Shown here: positions 58,525 through 64,000 of the stretch, piece by piece | Position numbering within the stretch: the first letter of the stretch is position 1 | Layout: every line of letters begins with the position of its first letter | Source of the DNA: an uncultured Ignavibacteria bacterium | GTDB lineage: Bacteria > Bacteroidota > Ignavibacteria > Ignavibacteriales > Ignavibacteriaceae | DNA: 64,000 nucleotides | Assembly (NCBI GenBank): GCA_963745945.1 | Contig: CAVUZG010000004.1 | Location: 1,526,711 to 1,590,710, forward strand | Direction of reading: 5' to 3' | Notes under the pieces: generated by a model | Databases searched by the model: none | What the model was told of the DNA's origin: nothing | What the model saw: only the letters and a program-made list of their open reading frames with translations | Translations under genes and position numbers: made by a program

Positions 58525-59976
58525 TTAAGTATCTTTTTGCAATCCGATTATATTCTCAGCCATTCCATTAAAAATAAAATGATGAAATGGAAAAACAGAA
58601 TACCAGTACAATCTGCCGAGCAATCCTCTTGGTCGGAAGGTTGCAGTTTGTATCAGAAAATATTTTTTATCTTTGTCAGAAATTTTAAACTCAAGCCAGG
58701 CTTCCCCGGGAAGTTTCATTTCTGCATAAAGAAGCAAACGTTTGTTTTGTTTATCAGCAGCCAGCACTCTCCAGAAATCAAGTGTATCGCCGGTGTTTAT
58801 ATTGTGTGGATTTGTTCTTCCCCGACGCAAACCAACACCACCGAACAGTTTGTCCAGGAATCCGCGAATGTGCCAGAGCCAATCACCGTAATACCATCCC
58901 CGCTCGCCGCCGATAGACCAGATGTTTTCTAACACCCTATCAAAACTATCACCTATTAACTTTTTCCTTTCGTCCGTATAGCATCCGTTGGCAGGAACAT
59001 TAATATGTTGAAGAAGCGAGTTATCAGCAAAACTCGAAACCAGCGCATCTTTCCAGCTGGATATAACATTATTCTGTTCGATATTCCGAAAGGCTGTCTG
59101 GACAGCTTCTTTATATGTTATCGGAACTACATCCAGCATTTTTTGAAGCTCATTGTTTTTAGCTACAACTTCAATTTTCATACTATTAACAAGATTTATT
59201 GCAAGCATATAAGAAGTTGAAGTAACAAAGTAAAGCCAGTAAGATGAGAGCCGTGGAGTCATAACAGGAACGGTAAAGATATATCTTTTAAGTCCGCGTA
59301 CTTCGGCAAACTGAAGCAGCATTTTTTTGTAGGATAAAACATCAGGTCCTCCTATATCATAGGATTTATTAAATGTTTCCGGCTTAAGAAGAACTCCTGT
59401 TAAATACCTCAACACGTCTCTTATAGCAATAGGTTGATGTTTTGTGTTCAGCCATTTTGGGGTGATCATTACGGGCAGCTTTTCTACAAGGTCACGGATA
59501 ATTTCAAATGATGCACTTCCGGATCCAACTATTATTCCTGCTTTAAGTGAAGTTAAAGAAATACCGCTTCCTTTCAGAATCTCCTCAACCTTTTTCCGGG
59601 AAGCCAGGTGTTTGGAGAGCTTTTCTTCATTTGTAATTCCGCCAAGATAAATTATTTGTTTTACGGATGTTTGTTTAACAAGATTAATAAAGTTATTGGC
59701 GGAATCTATTTCGAGCCTTTCAAAATCTTTTATGTTTGAACTCATCGAATGAATCAGGTAGTATGCCGCATCAATATTTTTTATTGAATCAGTAATCTTA
59801 ACTTCTTCGAGGAAATCTACTTCAAACACAGAGATATTTTTATGTGTATAAATACCGTCCGAAGGGAAGCGGTTTTTATCTCTTACACAGCATATTACTT
59901 CGTGGTTTTGTTCAATGAAAACGGGAAGAAGTCTTTTCCCTATATATCCGCTCGCGCCAGTTAATAATATTTTCAT
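58525..59976 (-). CDS. SDR-type NAD(P)H-binding protein fused to a DUF2867-like C-terminal domain
   Basis: N-terminal MKILLTGASGYIGKRLL Rossmann motif. The C-terminal ..DFWRV......RLLL.AEMKLPG.AWLEF.. block is typical of DUF2867. Confidence 0.7.
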   Translation of the reverse strand: MKILLTGASGYIGKRLLPVFIEQNHEVICCVRDKNRFPSDGIYTHKNISVFEVDFLEEVKITDSIKNIDAAYYLIHSMSSNIKDFERLEIDSANNFINLVKQTSVKQIIYLGGITNEEKLSKHLASRKKVEEILKGSGISLTSLKAGIIVGSGSASFEIIRDLVEKLPVMITPKWLNTKHQPIAIRDVLRYLTGVLLKPETFNKSYDIGGPDVLSYKKMLLQFAEVRGLKRYIFTVPVMTPRLSSYWLYFVTSTSYMLAINLVNSMKIEVVAKNNELQKMLDVVPITYKEAVQTAFRNIEQNNVISSWKDALVSSFADNSLLQHINVPANGCYTDERKKLIGDSFDRVLENIWSIGGERGWYYGDWLWHIRGFLDKLFGGVGLRRGRTNPHNINTGDTLDFWRVLAADKQNKRLLLYAEMKLPGEAWLEFKISDKDKKYFLIQTATFRPRGLLGRLYWYSVFPFHHFIFNGMAENIIGLQKDT

Positions 59977-60299
59977 GTAATTTTTTAATATATTATCATT
60001 TAAACGTTAAAGTTAATAATAAAATTCCCCGGAATATTAAATAAAAAAGTTACTTTACCCGATTGATGCAGAATTTAACCTGAATAGTACATTTTGGTCG
60101 AATAAATCTGAAAGATTTCTTAATCCATTCAATATATATCAGTTTTTTCATTGCAAAAAATAGATAATTCTGCCGTTCATAACATTTTTCTTGAAAACGA
60201 ATTTTCAAGTCAATAAATTTATTTCATCTCATAATCAATGAATTCAAAATATTGTTCAATATTCAATTCTATTCAAATAATCAATAATTCAGGATAACC

Positions 60300-63200
60300 A
60301 TGAAAAAGATACTTTTCTTTGCAGCTGCTTTCTTTGCTCTTTCTCTGTTGCAGATGTCTTTTGCCCAGGTAAACGCAAGAATGCTTCAGTACCCGGATGT
60401 TTCGAAAACACAGATAACATTTTACTACGGCGGAGATCTGTGGGTTGCACCAAAAGAGGGTGGAACAGCTAACAAACTAACTAATGCAATGGGACAGGAA
60501 ATTCTGCCGCGCTTTTCACCCGATGGTTCCCAAATTGCATTCAGCGGAAATTATAACGGTAATGTTGATATTTATATTGTTCCATCAAAAGGGGGAATGG
60601 CGGAAAGAGTCACTCACCATGGAATGTTTGACCGGATGACAGACTGGTACCCGGACGGAAGTAAAATTCTGTATACATCTTCTATGGAAAGCGGTAAACA
60701 GAGATTCAGCCAGTTTTACAGTGTTTCGCCAAAAGGCGGAATGCCTGATAAACTTCCTGTTCCATATGGTGAATTCGGCGTTATTTCACCCGATGGAAAA
60801 ATGATTGCCTACACTCCGAGAACCAGAAGCAACAGAACATGGAAAAGATACCGCGGCGGTATGGCTCCTGATATCTGGATATTTAATCTTGAAACAAAGG
60901 CTTCCGAAAACATAACCGACGATCCGGCAAATGATGAATTTCCGATGTGGCATGGAAATACAATTTATTTTCTCTCAGACAGAAATCCTGCGAAGAGAGG
61001 AAATATTTATGCATACGATGTAAACACAAAAAAAATAAGGCAGGTAACAGACTTTACAGATTATGACACTCACTTCCCTTCCATTGGACCCGATGATATT
61101 GTTTTTGAAAACGGCGGCCGGTTATATCTTCTTGATCTTGCCACTGAAAAATATCATGAAGTAAAAATTGATGTGGTAACAGATGAATCAACCCTTCTTC
61201 CCCATTCAGAAAATGTAAGCAAGCTGATAAAAAGTTTCTGGTTATCACCTGATGGAAACAGAGCAGTATTTGAAGCACGCGGTGATCTCTTTTCAGTTCC
61301 GGCAGAAAATGGTCCTGTTCTGGATTTAACAAATTCTTCCGGTTTTGCTGAACGTTTTCCATCATGGTCACCAAATGGAAAATATATTGCTTACTGGAGT
61401 GATAAATCGGGAGAGTACGAACTTTATGTTAAAGATATGGAAAATCCGAACAGCGATAAAAAACTTACTTCATTTCATAATGGATATACAGGTACCAGAT
61501 TTATCTGGTCGCCTGATAGTAAACAAATGGCTTTTATTGATAAAGGAATGGAAGTTTATATTTACAACATGGACAAAGATAAACTCATTAAAGTTGATAA
61601 AGAAAAAACTTTGTACGAAGGCGGACTTGAAAACTTCAGCGTGAGCTGGTCACCGGACAGCAGATGGGTTGCTTATCCAAAGGATCTGGATAATAATCAT
61701 ACTGCTATTGCGCTTTTCGATACTAAGGATGAAAAAGTACACCAGGTTACTTCTGGCTATTACAATGATATGCAGCCTGTTTTTGATCCGGATGGAAAAT
61801 ATTTGTTCTTTCTTACAAACAGAAACTTCAGTCCCATTTACAGTGATTATGAGAATACCTTTGTTTATGCGAACGCAACAAATATTGCTGCGGTATCACT
61901 TGATAAGGATACACTTTCCCCGCTTGCACCAAAGAATGACAGTGTTGTGATAAAGAAAGATGAAGAGAAGAAAAAAGATGAAAAGGATAAAAAGAAAGAT
62001 GAGGATAAGAAGGATGAGAAATCAAATGAAACAAAAATAACTCTTGACGGATTTGAGAGCAGAGTGATAATTCTTCCTCCCGAGGCAGGCAATTACACAA
62101 ATCTTCAGGCAGTAAAAGGAAAAGTTCTTTACTTAAAAGTTCCCCCTTCAGGTTCTCAGGGAGAAAAAAGAGCTGTTGTTTATTATGATTTAAATAAGCG
62201 TGAAGAAAAAACTGTTATTGCTGACGTTAATAATTTTACTCCATCTGCAGACGGAAAAAAATTATTGATTTCAAAAGACGGTAGTTTCTTTGTAATAGAT
62301 ATTGCCCCGGATCAGAAACCTGATAAGAGAATGCCTACCGATCAAATGGAGATGACAGTTGTGCCCCGTGAAGAATGGACACAATTATTTAATGATACTT
62401 GGAGATTTGAAAGAGATTTCTTTTATGATCCCAATATGCACGGTGTTGATTGGAATCTAATGAAAGAACGTTATGGTAAACTCATAAATTCTGCTGTTAC
62501 CAGGTGGGATGTTAATTATATTATCGGGGAACTGATTGCAGAACTTGAATTCATCTCATACTTATAAAGGCGGCGGGGATGAAGAAAAAGCTCCAAGCAG
62601 ACCTGTCGGATATCTTGGCGTTGACTGGACTCTTGATAACGGTGCATACAAAATTAAAAAAATAATAAAAGGTGCAGAATGGGACAGCGAAGTAAGATCA
62701 CCCCTTGATGCGCCCGGCGTTGATGTTAAAGAAGGAGATTATATCCTTGCAGTTAACGGAATTCCTATTGATGTAACAAAAGATCCATGGGCAGCATTTG
62801 AAGGACTTGCCGGGAAAACTGTTGAACTTACGGTAAACAGTAAACCCGGAATTGAAGGCTCACATAAAGTTCTTATTGAAACTCTTAAGGATGAAACACG
62901 TTTAAGAAACCTTGCCTGGATTGAAGCAAACAGAAAATATGTTGATACCAAAACCGGTGGAAAGATCGGTTACATATACGTACCGGATACAGGGATAAAC
63001 GGACAAACAGAACTTGAGAGACAGTTTACCGCACAGTACAATAAACAGGGTTTGATAGTTGACGAACGATTTAACAACGGCGGACAAATTCCCGACAGGT
63101 TTATTGAAATGCTGGACAGGAAACCGCTTGCGTTCTTTGCAGTCAGAGACGGTATAAAATGGCAGTGTCCTACTATCGCTAACTTTGGTCCTAAAGTTAT

Positions 63201-63579
63201 GCTAATAAACGGATGGAGCGGATCAGGCGGAGACGCTTTTCCTGATTTCTTCCGTAAAGCAGGATTAGGTCCGCTAATCGGAACAAGAACATGGGGCGGA
63301 CTAATCGGTATTTCCGGAGCACCCGGTTTAATTGACGGCGGAGGAATAACTGTTCCTACATTCAGGCAGTTTAATCCTGATGGAACCTGGTTTGCTGAAG
63401 GACATGGGGTTGATCCTGACATTAAAGTTGTTGATAACCCGACACAGCTTGCAAACGGAGTTGATCCGCAGCTTGAAAAAGGAATTGAAACGGTAATGGA
63501 TTTATTAAAGAAGAATCCCCCGATAAACCCAGAACAGCCTCCCTACCAGAACAGAAGTGCATCGGGCGGAAATAACTAA
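60300..63579 (+). pseudogene. tricorn-like S41 protease interrupted by a +1 frameshift (or an assembly indel)
   Basis: ORF 60300..62567 gives the beta-propeller region (PDVS..QI.F.Y.GDLW.., repeated SPDG motifs) and ends IGELIAELEFISYL*. The family continuation ..AELNSSHTYKGGGD.. and the PDZ and S41 catalytic regions (LINGWSGSGGDAF) read in the next frame (ORF 62536..63579). The shift is at about 62547. Confidence 0.8.
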
Positions 63580-63602
63580 AATATTATTAGAAGTTTATCA
63601 TC

Positions 63603-63633
63603 AGCCCCGGAAAAATCCCGGGGCTTTTTTTTT
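63603..63633 (+). terminator. rho-independent terminator
   Basis: agccccgg-aaaaatc-ccggggct followed by a T9 run. Confidence 0.8.
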
Positions 63634-63694
63634 GATAATTAAATAAAGTGATCAGACAAAATAATTGTATTTCATCATCAATAATTTTTTCAAA

Positions 63695-64000
63695 TCAATT
63701 ACTGTAAGCATTTATGCTTTCATTAATACATTTCGCTACATGTTCGGCATCTCTCCCCACGCCGTGTACCATCGCTGAAGCTAATGCATATAGAAAATGA
63801 AGTCCGACAAAGTATAATCCTTTTTCTTTTTCAACTATTCCTCTGTTCTGCATGGGTTCACGATCTTTAAAAGCGGGAATATCTATCCAGGAGAAAGCCG
63901 GATAAAACCCTGTACACCATATTACATTATTCACTTTAACTACACTTCCATCTTCAAGCAAAGGAAAACCATCTTTAACACCGGCAACCCTGGGAACTCT
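63695..64000 (-). CDS. FAD/NAD(P)-dependent oxidoreductase (flavin monooxygenase-like), C-terminal part; the gene continues past the window end
   Basis: ..VIWCTGF.P.FSWIDIP......G.......GLYFVGL.F.......M.HGVGRDAEHVA.. The reading frame stays open upstream to position 64000. Confidence 0.6.
   Translation of the reverse strand, partial: RVPRVAGVKDGFPLLEDGSVVKVNNVIWCTGFYPAFSWIDIPAFKDREPMQNRGIVEKEKGLYFVGLHFLYALASAMVHGVGRDAEHVAKCINESINAYSN

Noticed and set aside
61950-62040. K/D/E-rich low-complexity stretch (KKDEEKKKDEKDKKKDEDKKDEKSNETK) in the tricorn-like gene, considered as a foreign insertion or repeat expansion
   Set aside because: It is in-frame and has no flanking direct repeats. It sits where a flexible linker between the propeller domains and the downstream region is plausible. 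I cannot show from this sequence alone that it is an insertion.
1-64000. Search for tRNA, rRNA, tmRNA, riboswitches, integrases, transposases and prophage structural genes
   Set aside because: No cloverleaf-compatible segments, rRNA-like conserved blocks, recombinase or transposase motifs, or phage structural gene series were recognised in any intergenic region or ORF. This absence is based on visual inspection only.

Overview
This is a low-GC chromosomal segment. Seven secreted proteins end in the T9SS sorting tail (..NYPNPFNP..LVNEEKPAG..Y(F)YRL..KM.L.K), which points to an FCB-group bacterium, Ignavibacteriota/Bacteroidota-like. This lineage call is an inference. I recognised no rRNA, tRNA, CRISPR array, integrase or transposase.

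The gene content is a mix of three kinds.
- Housekeeping or periplasmic functions: an M16 peptidase pair, GGT, a tricorn-like protease, MscS, an M29 aminopeptidase, and an ApbE/TlpA redox cluster.
- Regulation: two ECF sigma modules, one paired with a Ser/Thr kinase carrying TPR repeats.
- A dense set of T9SS cargo genes: DUF3160, FG-GAP/UnbV, a beta-lactamase-fold hydrolase, FG-GAP/CARDB, a BNR propeller, a GH85 ENGase with LamG, and an SBBP propeller.

The loci most worth a second look are these.
1. A tightly packed four-gene operon at 18947-22191: HNH nuclease fusion, TcmP-like protein, three-Cys Gp37/Gp68 (DUF5131) protein, second HNH nuclease fusion. GC-rich hairpin repeats bound it on both sides. 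I read it as a candidate, uncharacterised DNA-modification/restriction-type defence module.
2. A family of GC-rich palindromic mosaic repeats (BIME/REP-like) that bracket three consecutive T9SS cargo genes in direct orientation. One copy is inserted in-frame inside a coding sequence (18454-18490).
3. A conserved gene cluster of unknown function on the minus strand at 7880-11621: TlpA, DUF4266, DUF3570, a Tat-signal NusG-II-like protein, and ApbE.
4. Three disrupted genes: ggt, a HerA/FtsK-like ATPase with four frameshifts, and the tricorn-like protease. All six frameshifts are net +1. An orphan OmpA-domain 3' remnant also sits in this part of the window.

All family assignments come from motif recognition by eye. 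No searches were run.
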